DNA from: an uncultured Pseudomonadota bacterium
Lineage (GTDB): Bacteria > Vulcanimicrobiota > Vulcanimicrobiia > Eremiobacterales > Eremiobacteraceae
Assembly: GCA_963736005.1 (NCBI GenBank)
Contig: CAVTNB010000001.1
Coordinates: forward strand, 1 to 64,000
Direction: 5' to 3'
Length of the DNA: 64,000 nt
The notes under the pieces are model-generated. The model had not been told where the DNA came from. It saw only the letters and a list, made by a program, of their open reading frames with translations, and made no database searches. Shown piece by piece: positions 19,987-31,600 of this stretch (positions are counted from its first letter, which is position 1; each line of letters begins with the position of its first letter). Made by a program: the position numbers and the translations under genes.

Positions 19987-20031
19987 CCGGCCGTGATGGT
20001 TCGTGTGTTTCGCTTAGCTGCCCTGTGGATG

Positions 20032-20283
20032 TCAGCGTTTGTTTTCTGGGGAGAGCCGCGATGCGACATCGCGATAGAGCGCGCGTGAAGTTGACGTCAA
20101 CAGTTCGGCGACGCGGAAGATTCCATCCCCAGAAAGTGTGATTCCCTGCCACGGCATGCCATGATGGCGCAACACAAGCGCGTAGGTGTCGTTCGGGAGT
20201 GCGTAGACGGCAAACTCATCCGATTCAGCAAGGCATTTTGATCCAGCCAAGACATCATTCTCAATGTCAGTCCACAGTTTCAT
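20032..20283 (-). CDS. Hypothetical protein between the two tRNA-Val genes
   Basis: GGAG RBS and ATG; 83 aa. Confidence 0.65.
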   Translation of the reverse strand: MKLWTDIENDVLAGSKCLAESDEFAVYALPNDTYALVLRHHGMPWQGITLSGDGIFRVAELLTSTSRALYRDVASRLSPENKR

Positions 20284-20387
20284 GTGTGCTCTCCCAAGTC
20301 AACCACCGGGTCTTGGGGATGTTCTGTATTGGGCATCGCCGACCTACAGGGAACCCATTCGTTTGGAAACGAAACGCTCAGACCCCA

Positions 20388-20459
<72 letters not shown>

Positions 20460-20483
20460 AGTTTCCATGAAGCCTGATAGAGA

Positions 20484-20963
20484 GTGACAAAAATGCCAAC
20501 AATCGAAAGTAAAACCGAGATTACCCGCGCGAAGCTCGCCGAGTTGCTCAATGAAGACTTGTCGCGCGAGTATCAGGCGATCATTGCATATGTTGTCTAT
20601 TCACAAGTATTAAAGGGCGCCGAATACATGGATATTGCGGCGCAATTGGAACAGCACGCCAAGCAAGAACTGGACCACGCGCTCATCATTTCCAGACAAA
20701 TTGACTATCTCGGCAAAATGCCCACCGTATCTCCCAAACCGGTGCGCGTTTCTAGCAAGGCGAAAGAGATGCTGCGCTTCGACCTGGCCAATGAGAATGA
20801 AACGATTCGCAATTATCGAGAGCGCGTTCGACAATGCGAGCAGCTCGGCGAATTTGCCATGGCCGAGCAGATTCGTGGAATCTTGATCAACGAACAGGAT
20901 CATCAAATCGATTTAGCAACGGCGCTCGGCGAGAACCCGCCTGACCTTTCGCGCAAGAAATAA
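20484..20963 (+). CDS. Ferritin-like (bacterioferritin-family) protein
   Basis: LNEDLSREYQAI...QELDHA...ENETIRNY...NEQDH di-iron motifs. Confidence 0.88.
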   Translation: MTKMPTIESKTEITRAKLAELLNEDLSREYQAIIAYVVYSQVLKGAEYMDIAAQLEQHAKQELDHALIISRQIDYLGKMPTVSPKPVRVSSKAKEMLRFDLANENETIRNYRERVRQCEQLGEFAMAEQIRGILINEQDHQIDLATALGENPPDLSRKK

Positions 20964-20993
20964 TTCAGCGCGATCTATCGAGGACGCTGTCAC

Positions 20994-21956
20994 ATGGGTA
21001 AAGTCTGGCTCGTTGTCGGCTGTTTGATCGTCATGCTGTTGCCCCTCCGAGCGCTGGCTTGGGGGCTGGATGGGCATCGCATCATCGGCGAGGTTGCGGT
21101 GAAGAATCTCCCGGCCGAGCTGCCTTCATTTCTCCAAACGCAAGCGGCGAAAGACGAGATCACCTATTTAGGGTCTGAGGAAGACCGACTCAAAATTGGG
21201 GAAGACGAAGAAGCTGCTTGGGGTCGGGAGTGGCCAACCGATCACTATCTCGACGTTGAGGATGATGGTACAGTCGCCGGTGTGGTCGCTCTTTCGGCAT
21301 TGCCACCAACGCGCGACGACTTCGAGCAGCTGTTGATGAACTCGCCTCATCATATCGACGCCTACAACACCGGCTTCCTGCCATACGCTATCCTCGAAGG
21401 GTACGAACAGGTGCGAAGCGACTTCGCCCTGTGGCGACAAGCGGTCGCTGATGCGCAAGCCCACGGAGGCGACGCGGCCACCACAATTGTGAAATATCGC
21501 GAAACGCTCACGATTCACGACATTGGCATTTTTTCACATTTTGTTGGCGATGGCAGCCAGCCGCTGCACGTGACCGTTCATTATAATGGCTGGGGCCACT
21601 ATCCAAATCCGCGTAATTTTTCGACTGATCCCAAGACGCATGCAGAGTTCGAGAGCGATTTCGTCTCGCGCTACGTGAACGCCGATACTGTGAATCCATT
21701 CTTTCATGCGCCGACCGAACTCACCACAGTGCCGCTTCCAGATATCGAGCGTTATCTCACCGATACTAATGCGCAAGTTGTTCCGTTCTACGAACTGAAG
21801 GCGCGAGCCGGCTTTGACCTTGGCGGGGTGGGATCGTCGGCACGCAACGAAGCCATTCGATTTGCGAGTGCACGACTGGCGGCAGCAAGTCAAATGCTCG
21901 ACTCGCTCGTTTTAACCGCGTGGAGAACGAGCGCGTCGCTGCACGGTAGCGATTAG
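20994..21956 (+). CDS. S1/P1 nuclease (secreted)
   Basis: Signal peptide followed by WGLDGHRII; HFVGDGSQPLH; HAEFE zinc ligands. Confidence 0.85.
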   Translation: MGKVWLVVGCLIVMLLPLRALAWGLDGHRIIGEVAVKNLPAELPSFLQTQAAKDEITYLGSEEDRLKIGEDEEAAWGREWPTDHYLDVEDDGTVAGVVALSALPPTRDDFEQLLMNSPHHIDAYNTGFLPYAILEGYEQVRSDFALWRQAVADAQAHGGDAATTIVKYRETLTIHDIGIFSHFVGDGSQPLHVTVHYNGWGHYPNPRNFSTDPKTHAEFESDFVSRYVNADTVNPFFHAPTELTTVPLPDIERYLTDTNAQVVPFYELKARAGFDLGGVGSSARNEAIRFASARLAAASQMLDSLVLTAWRTSASLHGSD

Positions 21957-21958
21957 CG

Positions 21959-22023
21959 CGCGCGAATAAATTCGCGCGACTACAGTTAAGGCTCGCCCAG
22001 CGCGAGTAAATTCGCGCGATTAC
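21959..22023. repeat. REP-like palindromes, family 1 (two copies)
   Basis: CGCGCGAATAAATTCGCGCG-ACTAC (GTAG foot on the minus strand) and a variant at 22000-22023. Confidence 0.85.
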
Positions 22024-23408
22024 GGTTTGTCTTCGAGTCCAGCCGGTGCAAGTCCGGAGAGCATGACATCAAGCCGATTGGGGGGCCGATCGGCACTTTC
22101 TGCGCGCTCCTTACGGATCACCGCACCGCGAACGAGCTGACCACCGAGAAAGCGAATCGGCTCCGGCGGAAAGGAGCGATACGGCCGGTCGACGAGGGCG
22201 CAGTGCGACCACTCGTCGTTATGGCCAAGCGCGAGGCTCGCAAGGATGTTCCCGCCGACAACGCTAGGCCCGACGCCATTCCCGCTCCACCCGATCCCAT
22301 AAAAGATGTGGTCGCGACCACCAAGCTTGCCGATCAGCGGAAGGCCATCCATGGTACGATCGATCGGCCCGCACCAGTCATCCGTGATGGCAACGTCGGA
22401 CAGCATTGGATAGTAACGACGAAAATCTAATTCCACTAATCTCGCCCGAGTAGCGTCTCGATCGATACTCGGGCCGATGCGATCGCCGTACACAATGCCC
22501 CAGCCACCCTTGCCAAAAACGATGCGCCCGTCACGGCTTGTTCTATAGTAACAGACCATCATTTGAGAATCCGTAATACTCTCGCCACCCGTCCATCCGA
22601 TCTGCGCGAGTCGATCTGGAATGGGTGCGGTTGCGACGATGTCGCTGGAAATAACGGCGATGGCGCGACGCAGCTCGGCCAAGCCGACGGCCCAGGCGTT
22701 CATCGCTACCACGACTCGCTCAGCCGTGAGCGAACCTTGGTCAGTCTCGATTACTACCGGCAACGTGCGCGAGAAGCGGCGAACCGTTGTGTGTTCGTAG
22801 ATGCGAATGCCTTGCCGCAGGGCAACGGCGCGCATGCCGCGCACGAGCGCTGCGGGCTGGATGGTTGCAGCATCGCGCTCGAGCACTCCGGCGCGATGGA
22901 TCGAGGAACCAGTACGCTGCGCAATCTCATGCGGGGTCAGTCGTTCGAAGGCGTCAATGCCGAGGCGCTCGCAACTCCGAACAACTGCCTCCCATGCTCC
23001 CATTTGCGCGGTGCTTGTGGCCGTCCACAGCCATCCTCGCTGGACGAAGTCCGCATCGATGCCATGCTCCGTGCAAAACGATCCAATCGTCTTGATCGCA
23101 TCTTGCGATGCGGTCACCAGACGGAGCGCTTCGCCCTCGCCGAACGCCGCTGCCATTGAGGGGAACTTTGGCCACCAGGTGAGCGCAAAGCCGCCGTTGC
23201 GTCCAGATGCGCCGGCGCCACAAATATCGCGCTCGACAATGGCCACGTCGCAGGACCGATCGAGCTGCTTGATGCGCAACGCAGTCCAGAGGCCTACGTA
23301 GCCGCCACCGATGATCGCGACATCTGCCCGAGCACGACCAGCAAGCGCCGACGCATCGGGTTCGTCGCCAAGAACGTTCGAAAGCCACAACGATCGATGG
23401 GTGGCCAC
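22020..23408 (-). CDS. FAD-dependent oxidoreductase (DadA/PuuB family)
   Basis: IIGGGYVGLWTA; GASGRNGG; GWSGNGVGPS. Confidence 0.9.
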   Translation of the reverse strand: MATHRSLWLSNVLGDEPDASALAGRARADVAIIGGGYVGLWTALRIKQLDRSCDVAIVERDICGAGASGRNGGFALTWWPKFPSMAAAFGEGEALRLVTASQDAIKTIGSFCTEHGIDADFVQRGWLWTATSTAQMGAWEAVVRSCERLGIDAFERLTPHEIAQRTGSSIHRAGVLERDAATIQPAALVRGMRAVALRQGIRIYEHTTVRRFSRTLPVVIETDQGSLTAERVVVAMNAWAVGLAELRRAIAVISSDIVATAPIPDRLAQIGWTGGESITDSQMMVCYYRTSRDGRIVFGKGGWGIVYGDRIGPSIDRDATRARLVELDFRRYYPMLSDVAITDDWCGPIDRTMDGLPLIGKLGGRDHIFYGIGWSGNGVGPSVVGGNILASLALGHNDEWSHCALVDRPYRSFPPEPIRFLGGQLVRGAVIRKERAESADRPPNRLDVMLSGLAPAGLEDKP

Positions 23409-23570
23409 AGGACACTTCCTCCGAAGCCGCCCTTCGTATCTTAGGGGTCCAATGCTTCCTCGCGTTCCGGCACTTTGTCTAACAAAGTGCCACCTTTGCC
23501 ATGCAAAGTCACCGCATGCGATCGAGCAAATCAGTTGACAAACATACCTTTTTTAGGGTATGAGTAAATT

Positions 23571-24092
23571 GTGAGCAGTGGGTTGCGCTGGGGTTTTGGT
23601 GCCTTCGGGATCGTGCTTGTGGGGGTCCTCACCCTCGCCGCGCTTTACACGTTTTCGACACCGAATCGCTTCGTCACGCTTGGCACGCCCATCCACCAGG
23701 ATGATTTCATGTACACGGTGACGGGGGTGGGCCGGACGCCGAAAATCTCTAACAGCGCGAGCCACGCCACTGCCCAGGGTGAGTTCTATATCGTTTCAAT
23801 CCGCGTTGACAATGATGCGAAGCGTGTGGGCTTCGTGTGGGACGAGCGCATTCCGCATATCGTTGACCGTCAGGGTCAGCGATACGACAAGTCGCCCGCA
23901 GGGCAAGCCGCCCTCGACGCCTCGCTTAAACCTCGGTTTTCGATTGCGCCTGGAGACAGCTCCACCTTCCAGGCGGTTTTTGACGTGCCGTCGAATATCG
24001 AAAAACCAGCGCTCGTGTTTGACAATGGCATTCTCATGGGCGATGTATTCAATTTTGTTGCCTACCGGCGCATTGGCGTCGAGCTCTACTAA
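23571..24092 (+). CDS. DUF4352-like membrane-anchored Ig-like protein
   Basis: N-terminal TM helix; FYIVSIRVDN...DRQGQRY...IAPG...AVFDVP. Confidence 0.65.
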   Translation: MSSGLRWGFGAFGIVLVGVLTLAALYTFSTPNRFVTLGTPIHQDDFMYTVTGVGRTPKISNSASHATAQGEFYIVSIRVDNDAKRVGFVWDERIPHIVDRQGQRYDKSPAGQAALDASLKPRFSIAPGDSSTFQAVFDVPSNIEKPALVFDNGILMGDVFNFVAYRRIGVELY

Positions 24093-24141
24093 CGGTGCGC
24101 AACGGTAAGACTGGGGGAGAGCTTGTCAAAGCTAAAGCCTC

Positions 24142-24363
24142 ATGAATGACGGCGATCTCGCCAAGCTCGACGGCAAGCGCGTCCGCGTTACTTTCAAAGA
24201 CGGGAGAAAGACGATAGGCGTTCTGCAACGCGACCTGACACAGAAGTGTTGGGAGCTTTTACGGGCTGACGCCGACAAGCCGAAGCACTCGCCTCAGGGT
24301 GTTGGCGAGATACTCTTCTTGCAGGACGTCGAAAGCGTCGAAGAGTTTATTTTACGCCAATAG
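24142..24363 (+). CDS. Small Sm/LSm-like fold protein
   Basis: LDGKRVRVTFKDGRKTIGVL is Sm1-like; the ORF overlaps the 3' end of the convergent gene. Confidence 0.4.
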   Translation: MNDGDLAKLDGKRVRVTFKDGRKTIGVLQRDLTQKCWELLRADADKPKHSPQGVGEILFLQDVESVEEFILRQ

Positions 24364-26300
24364 TCTCGAAAAGACGCACGCCCTTCGCTTCGAGCGCGAT
24401 GCTGCCACCCATCTGCTCGCCTGAGTCCAGATCGCGCATGGGCTTGGGGGAACCAACGATCTCGGTCACGACGCGTTGCCAGCTGTGATTGATCAGCAAG
24501 AGTCGCTGCGTTTTGGGATCCTGTTTCGAGCGCCAGACAAAAACTTGCACCTGATCACTTGTGATACTCACCGCAGGTAGGGCATGACCCAGCACGGCGA
24601 CTGCCTTGTATATTTTGGCCAAGTCTGAGTTAGCGTTGCCGTCCAATCCGTTGAGTTGGAAATACTCGATAGGGTAGGTCAAGAAAACGATGCGGCCGGA
24701 ACCGAGCGTGCGCTCCAAGAGAACTGGATTACCACTTGGATCGCACGCCACGACACTTGCTTCTTTGGGCACGCAGCGCATTGGAGCACAGCGGCGGGCT
24801 GCGCCAAGGATCGGAAATTCCAGTTGTGCGTCTTTTTCGATCCCTCCGAAGTCGCGTACGAAACGCATTTGAACCACATCCTCACCCCGTGGTTCGACCA
24901 GAGCCATACCGGATGAGAAGCCTTGCTCCCACAAAGCGCCCGAGTTGTGGAAACCATGGTTCGCCGCCATAGGAGATGTAGACTGTGCCGCCGTCGCGCA
25001 CGAAACGCTCAACGCCGGCTGCATCTTCGGTTGTGACTTGTTGCATGCAAGGGACGATCAGCATGGTCACCTGCGAGGTACGTGCCGAACGTAAGTCAAT
25101 GAAACCCACGTCCAGCCCGGCTTGAACGGCGGTGCTGTACGCTTGCAGAAAGAGATCGCGAAGCTCCGGTTTGCTCCAGCCCCAATCGAAGGGAAAGTCG
25201 ATCGTGTAATACGAGGTACGCCCGATCGCGGCGGCCGGTTGCATCACTTCCCATTCATCCGGATTCTGTTTCACAGCGTACGCTGCGAAGCGTTGAAATT
25301 CGGCGGCTTGAGGTTTGCGCGATCCGTCAGTGCGAATAACGCCAAAGTGCAGTTCGTACGGGTGATGCGAATATGGGGCGCGGTTCTCAAGCGTAAAGTC
25401 ATGAGAATTCCAGATGAGGGTGCCGCAATTGCCGGCTCCGAAGGCCGACCATAAGGTCGTTCGGTAGTATCCGGCCGCGAAGTCGTCATCTGCTTGGTCA
25501 GACGAACATCCAAATTCCTCAAGCAGCACTGGTCGATCTAAGGGCTTCAGCATTTTCATCGCAAAGCCGGCAAATGCGGCGTGGCGCAACGAATCAGTTT
25601 CTTTTGGATAGAAGTGCGGGCCGACAAAATCCACAAGTTCGCGCAGCGCGCCCGTGTTTGGAACGCCGCGCTCACCCCCGATGACGTCCCACGCACCATC
25701 GCCGACGGAAACGTTGCACTCCGGATCCGCAGCGCGGAGGACCTCGATCAGACGCTTCGCCCAACGCTCGCTCTGCTCAGATCCGATCGTTCCCGCAAAG
25801 AGCGGCCACTCGTTTGTCAGCAGCCATGCCGCGATGCGTGCATCTCCCGAAAAGTGCGAGGCAACGGATCCAACCAGCAGCTCGCTGGCATCAAGGAGAA
25901 GGGGATCCGTATACCAGTTCCTTCCCTTGCTCCACTCGGGCGCCCCATTTTCGCCAGACATGTGGCCAACCAAAAATGTAGGGATCGACCACATGCCCTC
26001 GCTGGCGGCAAGCTCGATGAGGGTACCAAGGCGGTCCCGCGCCTTCTCGTTCACGACATCGGGTGCGGGCAAAAAATCGGGGAGAAAGCAAAAGACTCGA
26101 ACCACGTTGGCGCCGAGCGCGGCAAGCTCGCGCAAGTCTGAGGCAACGGCACTGGGGTCGAAACGGTCGCGATACATCCACGGCCCGGTCTGCTTCGGCC
26201 AAAAATTAGCCCCGATAAGATACACGGGTTTGCCGCTCTTGTCTCGGAAGTAACCGTCTCGAACGCGAAGTCGCTGCACGCGGCCGCATTCTCTCGGCAT
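24347..26300 (-). CDS. Clan GH-A glycoside hydrolase (GH5/GH42-like) with trimerisation-type C-domain; frameshift near 24905
   Basis: IGANFWP; WLLTNEW (acid/base); VLLEEFG (nucleophile); HFGVIRTDG. The C-terminal part is in ORF 24347-25024. Confidence 0.8.
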
Positions 26301-26378
26301 GTAGCAACGGACCTCTAGGTTCCCGCGAATGAATTCGCGGGACTACATATTCCACTTCGAATGAATTCGCGGGACTAC
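26301..26378. repeat. Composite REP cluster (one family-2 and two family-1 copies)
   Basis: GTAGCAACGGACCTCTAGGTTC; TCCCGCGAATGAATTCGCGGGACTAC; CGAATGAATTCGCGGGACTAC. Confidence 0.8.
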
Positions 26379-26405
26379 ACAGCGTGTTGGACAAAGATTG
26401 GCTCC

Positions 26406-27416
26406 ATGAAAGCATTGATCGCGCACCGGCCTAAGGATGTCTCGATTGGCGATTGGGAAGATCCGAGTCCAGGCGAGCACGATGCGGTTGTGGCCGTCGC
26501 TTCATGTGGAGTGTGCGGCACTGACCGTCACATCGCAGACGGAACGTATCCGGCCAAATACCCCAACGTGCTTGGTCATGAGATTGCGGGTACCGTTGTG
26601 TCCGTTGGGCGCGGCGTGGATCGGGTCAAGGAAGGCGACCGGGTGGCGGTCGATCCAAACATCGCCGATCACGAGTGCACGCCATGTCGCCGCGGCGACG
26701 TTCACCTTTGCGAGAACCTCAGCGCTATCGGGGTCACCCGTGCAGGTGGCATGGCACCCCAGGTGCTGGTACCGCAATCCCAACTCTATCGAATACCGGC
26801 CTCGCTTGCCTTGGATGAAGCGGCGTTTGCCGAGCCTTTGTCATGCGTCGTGCATGGCTTAGAACGGGTGAAAGTCCAATCCGGAGGCACGGTGGCGATC
26901 CTGGGTGCCGGGAGCATCGGGCTGCTCGCGGCGCAGGCCGTTCGAGAGATCGGCGCGGCGTCCGTTGTGATGTCGGAACCATCTGCCGTGCGGCGCGATC
27001 TTGCCGAATCGTTGGGCGCCGATGAGGTCTACACGCCCGAGATGATGGAGCACGACAGCCATAGCGAGGAATACGACCTGGTTTTGGAGTGCAGCGGCAA
27101 TCCCGAAGCGGTCCTTACCGCGGTGCGTCTCGCGCGCCGAGGCGCAGACATCTTGCTTTTCGGCGTGTCGCCGCGCGGAGTCAAAGTAGCCATCGAGCCG
27201 TATGAGCTTTACCGCAAAGAACTGCGACTGGTCGCCTCCAATATTAACCCTTTTACCATGGAAAAAGCTGTTGCGCTGCTTGCCGCCGGCACTGTGAAAG
27301 TGCAGGGAATCGTTTCGCACCCTGTTGGATTGGCCGACCTTCCCAAGCTGCTCCTCGGGAAGCCTGCACCTGATGAAATTAAGGCAGCGCTGAGATTTTC
27401 GCAGACGTCAAGTTAA
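26406..27416 (+). CDS. Zinc-dependent alcohol/polyol dehydrogenase (MDR)
   Basis: CGVCGTDRH; GHE; structural Zn site CTPCRRG...C; GAGSIG. Confidence 0.92.
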   Translation: MKALIAHRPKDVSIGDWEDPSPGEHDAVVAVASCGVCGTDRHIADGTYPAKYPNVLGHEIAGTVVSVGRGVDRVKEGDRVAVDPNIADHECTPCRRGDVHLCENLSAIGVTRAGGMAPQVLVPQSQLYRIPASLALDEAAFAEPLSCVVHGLERVKVQSGGTVAILGAGSIGLLAAQAVREIGAASVVMSEPSAVRRDLAESLGADEVYTPEMMEHDSHSEEYDLVLECSGNPEAVLTAVRLARRGADILLFGVSPRGVKVAIEPYELYRKELRLVASNINPFTMEKAVALLAAGTVKVQGIVSHPVGLADLPKLLLGKPAPDEIKAALRFSQTSS

Positions 27417-28518
27417 CTGAACTGCCGATCCTCGCAGCTTCGCGAGCCGCAACGGCAACCTGGAGGCTTGGGAGGGCTCTTCGGACGTCGTTGCGTGCGA
27501 TGTAACCTGGTTCGCGAATCGAGCGCGCCATATCTTCGATTGCCGCGCGAACGGCCGAAGCATAGAGCACTTGTTTCGGTCCTGCGTCGAAGATAAAGCC
27601 AGCACTCGCGTCGGGAACGCTCGCAACCGAACGGCTCATCATGCGGCGAATCGTGGTTGTGCCCACCGCCGCGCCTTGTCCGTGGAGTCGGAGCAGGTTT
27701 GGAATCCACCCATCCAAGATGAGATCGACGGATTCAAATGAGAGAACCGAGCGGGTGCGTTCCATTTGTGGCTGCGTCACGAAGGCGTGATAGTACGAAG
27801 CGATTGCGCCCTGCACGTACTCGACCGCAGCAAAGACCCGATCTTCCCGCACTTTGCTCGCAACGCGCGCAACCGGACCTAAAGGTCCGCTGCTACCTGT
27901 GAGAGCCACCACATGCTGCGCGTCGCCTGCGATCCGGCCGCACCAGTCGAAAAAGTGAACGCCGTGTTCAACGAAGATCCCGCCCGAGATCTCTTTGTTC
28001 CAAAACCAGTGGCTGTCGTCAAGCCCCTGGGAACTCGCGATGTTTTCGACAGAGATGCGCAGCAGCGGTCCAACGAGCTGTGATTTGGCGAAGAGCGTGA
28101 CGGCTTCAACGAGCGGCGTATAGAGCATGGGGTAATCGACTGCCACGACGAGGTTGCGGGCGCTCGCAGAGTCGATAACGCGCTCGGCGAACTCCAGGGT
28201 TGTGGCCATGGGTTTTTCAACGAAGACGTGCTTGCCCGCGCCGAGAGCGGCGAGCGTTTGGGGCCCGTGCTCGTCCGGTGGGGTGGCGAGGATGATAATG
28301 TCGAGTTCAGGGTCCGTTATCAGTTGCTCAAAAGTCTGGTGGACTCGCGAAATACCATGCTGGGCTGCGGCGGCTGAAGCCCGCTGTGGCGTACGGCTGG
28401 CAAGAGCGGAGACTCGAATCACCTCGCTCTGCGCGAGTGCCTCTATAATGAAGCGACCGAACGCCCCCGGGGCGTAAAGTCCAGCCTTCAGCTGAAAGAA
28501 ACGATCATTGATTAACAA
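27379..28518 (-). CDS. Gfo/Idh/MocA-family oxidoreductase
   Basis: ATPPDEH...GKHVFVEKPM; SGGIFVEHGVHFFD. Confidence 0.9.
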   Translation of the reverse strand: MLINDRFFQLKAGLYAPGAFGRFIIEALAQSEVIRVSALASRTPQRASAAAAQHGISRVHQTFEQLITDPELDIIILATPPDEHGPQTLAALGAGKHVFVEKPMATTLEFAERVIDSASARNLVVAVDYPMLYTPLVEAVTLFAKSQLVGPLLRISVENIASSQGLDDSHWFWNKEISGGIFVEHGVHFFDWCGRIAGDAQHVVALTGSSGPLGPVARVASKVREDRVFAAVEYVQGAIASYYHAFVTQPQMERTRSVLSFESVDLILDGWIPNLLRLHGQGAAVGTTTIRRMMSRSVASVPDASAGFIFDAGPKQVLYASAVRAAIEDMARSIREPGYIARNDVRRALPSLQVAVAAREAARIGSSVNLTSAKISALP

Positions 28519-28607
28519 AGAGTGCGGAACCCAGCTTCAGAAGATATCTAGAAGTATTCGAAAACGACCAAAACTGCTGTAGACTCGTAACAAATTCACC
28601 CTTCCGT

Positions 28608-28616
28608 TGCTATAAT
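28608..28616 (+). promoter_or_regulatory. Extended -10 element 7 nt before the RND ATG (leaderless transcript)
   Basis: TGCTATAAT-CCGGTAT-ATG with no Shine-Dalgarno sequence. Confidence 0.6.
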
Positions 28617-28623
28617 CCGGTAT

Positions 28624-31600
28624 ATGTGGCTGACACGCTTTGCCATTAAGAATCCAACGATTGTCACGCTCTTCTTCCTAGGCGTGACCGTCTTTGGCTT
28701 GGTCGGTTATCGGATGATGGGACAAAACGTCAATCCCAACGTTCAATTCCCGGACGTGAGCATTGAAGCCGACTATCCCGGCGCTAGCCCAGACGAAATG
28801 GAGCGATTGGTCGTCAAACCGATTGAAGACCAATTGCAAAACGTCAACCACGTTCAGCACGTCAACACGACGATTGAAGATGGCATCGCCTTCATGGACG
28901 TGTCGCTCAACTTGGGCACTGACGTCAATTTCGCTGCCAACGATGTTCAACAAGCGGTCGACGCGGCGCGCATTTACTTGCCATCGGACATGGACCCGCC
29001 TTTTGTTTCGAAGAACGATACCTCGGGCGACCCCATCGTGATCGAGGCAGTCAGTGCGCCCAGCCTCACGCCTATCGACCTTTCAAATCTCGTGAACAAC
29101 GAGCTCATCCCAGATCTTCGAAACGTGCCGGGTGTTGGCGGCGCCTCAGCCGGTGGTCTGTATGACCGACAAATCACGATCGAGCCGGATGTCGCTCAGC
29201 TCAACGGCGTGGGAGGCACGCTGCTCGACGTGAGCAACTCGATTGGCGTCGGCAATGTGAGTTTGCCTGGTGGCCGGTTGGACCAGCCGTTTCAAGAGAC
29301 AACGGTGGGCGTGCGCGCGGACATTCGGAGCGCTGACCAAATCGCGGCGCTGCCGCTGACGTTGCCGGGCCAGCCCAATGGCCAAATCAAGGTAGGGGAT
29401 GTCGCCAAGGTCGTCGATGGATTCGCGGACCAACGGCTCATCTCGAGCCTGAACGGCGGTCCGGGCATTATTTTGCAGGTCGTGCGTGACGCAAACAGCG
29501 ATACGAAGAACACGACCACTGCCACTCGCGCCGAATTTAAGACCCTTGCGGAGAAGTACCCACAACTTCACTTCAAGGAACTACAGGCAGACGCCGATTT
29601 TATGCACGACTCGATCAATGGCGTGCTGCAAAATCTTTTCGAAGGCATCTTGCTGACCGCGATCGTGCTGCTGCTCTTCCTGCACATTTTGCGCAGCGCA
29701 GCCGTGGTCATGATCGCCATCCCCACCTCGATCTTAGCGACGTTCTTTGTCATGTGGGTCATGGGGATGACCATCGACCTCCTCTCGCTGATGGGGCTGT
29801 CCCTCACGGTTGGCATTTTGGTGGACGACTCGATCGTTGTGCTCGAAAACATTACGCGTCACCGCTTGATGGGCAAAGGGCCCGAGGAAGCGGCGATCGA
29901 TGGTCGCACAGAGATCGGGAATGCGGCGATTGCCATCACGCTGGTGGACGTCGTCGTGTTCGCGCCTATCGCGTTCATGTCGGGCATTGTGGGAGAGTTC
30001 TTGCGCGAGTTTGCGCTCGTCATCGTCGTCGCGACGCTGTTCTCGCTGCTCGTCTCCTTTACGTTAACGCCATTGCTCGCCGCGCACTGGGCGCTCCTCA
30101 AGCGACCGCGGCCCCTGCGCTCAGCGACCGCTTCGGGTTGGGCCAGGTTCATCAATGGATTCGGCAACTGGTTTGAAGGCGTGCGCAAGTCGTATCATGA
30201 CGGCGCGTTGCCTTGGGCGATGAAGCGGCCATGGCTCGTCATCGTCGGCTGTTTTACCCTGGTCTTCTTGTCCTTCGTGCCGATCATCGCGCAGATCGTT
30301 CCATTTGAGTTTCAACCCACAACTGACTGGGGATTCGCGATCGTCGACCTGACGTATCCGCCTGGAACGCCAATCGGCGTCACCGAATCCGGCCTGCTGC
30401 GGCTTGAGGACGCTGTCCTCAAGATGGATGGAGTCGAGAGCGTGAATGGCACGGCCGGACACAAATCCGGCACGCGAGGCGGACAAGTTGCGGAAATGTT
30501 CGTTACCCTCGACCAAAAGAAGCGGCACAACGAGGACCAAGTGATCGCCGCGGTGACGAAGCTCGGTTACCTCGTGCCGGGCGGGCGCATCGAGGCTTCA
30601 CATGGCCAAAACGGCGGACAAGCCCCGATTCAGTATACCTTGACCGGCGCATCGAGCGAGGCCGTTGAGGCTGGCGCCAACAAGCTCAAGAATTTCATCG
30701 CCACCATCCCCGACTCGAACAACGTGCAAACAACGACCCAGATTGCCGGTCCGCGACTTGAAATCGACATTAATAGCGAGCGCGCCGCCTTACTTGGCGT
30801 TTCCCCGGAGGATGCCGCTACCGCTGCGCGAGCTGCCATCGGCGGTGTCATTGCGACGAAGGTGCGCATGCCCGAGGGTCTGGTCAATGCGATTGTGCAG
30901 CTCCCACCCGAAACGCGCAACGATGAAAGCCAACTGCGCGCCGTAACCGTACGAGCCACCAACGGCATGCTCATACCGCTGAGTTCTGTCGCCAATTTCA
31001 AGTGGATGCAGGAGCCAACCGAGCTCACGCGCGAGGACCGTCAGCGTATCGTGACGGTGAGCACCGACACGAAGAACGGCGCCCCCATCAGCAAGGTGAA
31101 GAACAAGATCGATGCTGCGTTGAAGCAGCCGAACTTCTTGCCTGCTGGGGTGAGCCTAAAAGAAGCGGAAGGCAGTGATAGTCAGCTGTTAACCGAGTCT
31201 ATGCAAAAGATCGGCATCGCGCTGCTCACGTCCTTCGTGCTCATTTACATGTTGCTCGTGATTCTCTACCGGAGCTACTTAGCGCCGCTCATCATCATGT
31301 TCACTGTGCCGCTGGCGTTTATCGGAATCTCGTTTCTGCTGACGGGCGTCAATCTTTTGCACGGCGTCTTCCCGAACGTGCGGTACTTCCAAGGACAGAC
31401 GCTGAACATATTCTCAATGCTTGGTATTGTCATGCTCACAGGACTCGTGGCCAAGAACGGCATCCTCCTCGTTGACTATGCCAACACACTGCGCAAGCGC
31501 GGCTTCTCGATTGCCGAGGCCATGCGAGAGTCGGCGTCGGTTCGGTTCCGGCCAATCGTTATGACCACGGCATCGATGATCTTCGGCATGTTGCCACTCG

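Noticed and set aside
21959..26378. Closely spaced palindromic repeats as a possible CRISPR array
   Set aside because: Only pairs, dispersed between genes, with GTAG feet and no cas genes; they fit REP elements
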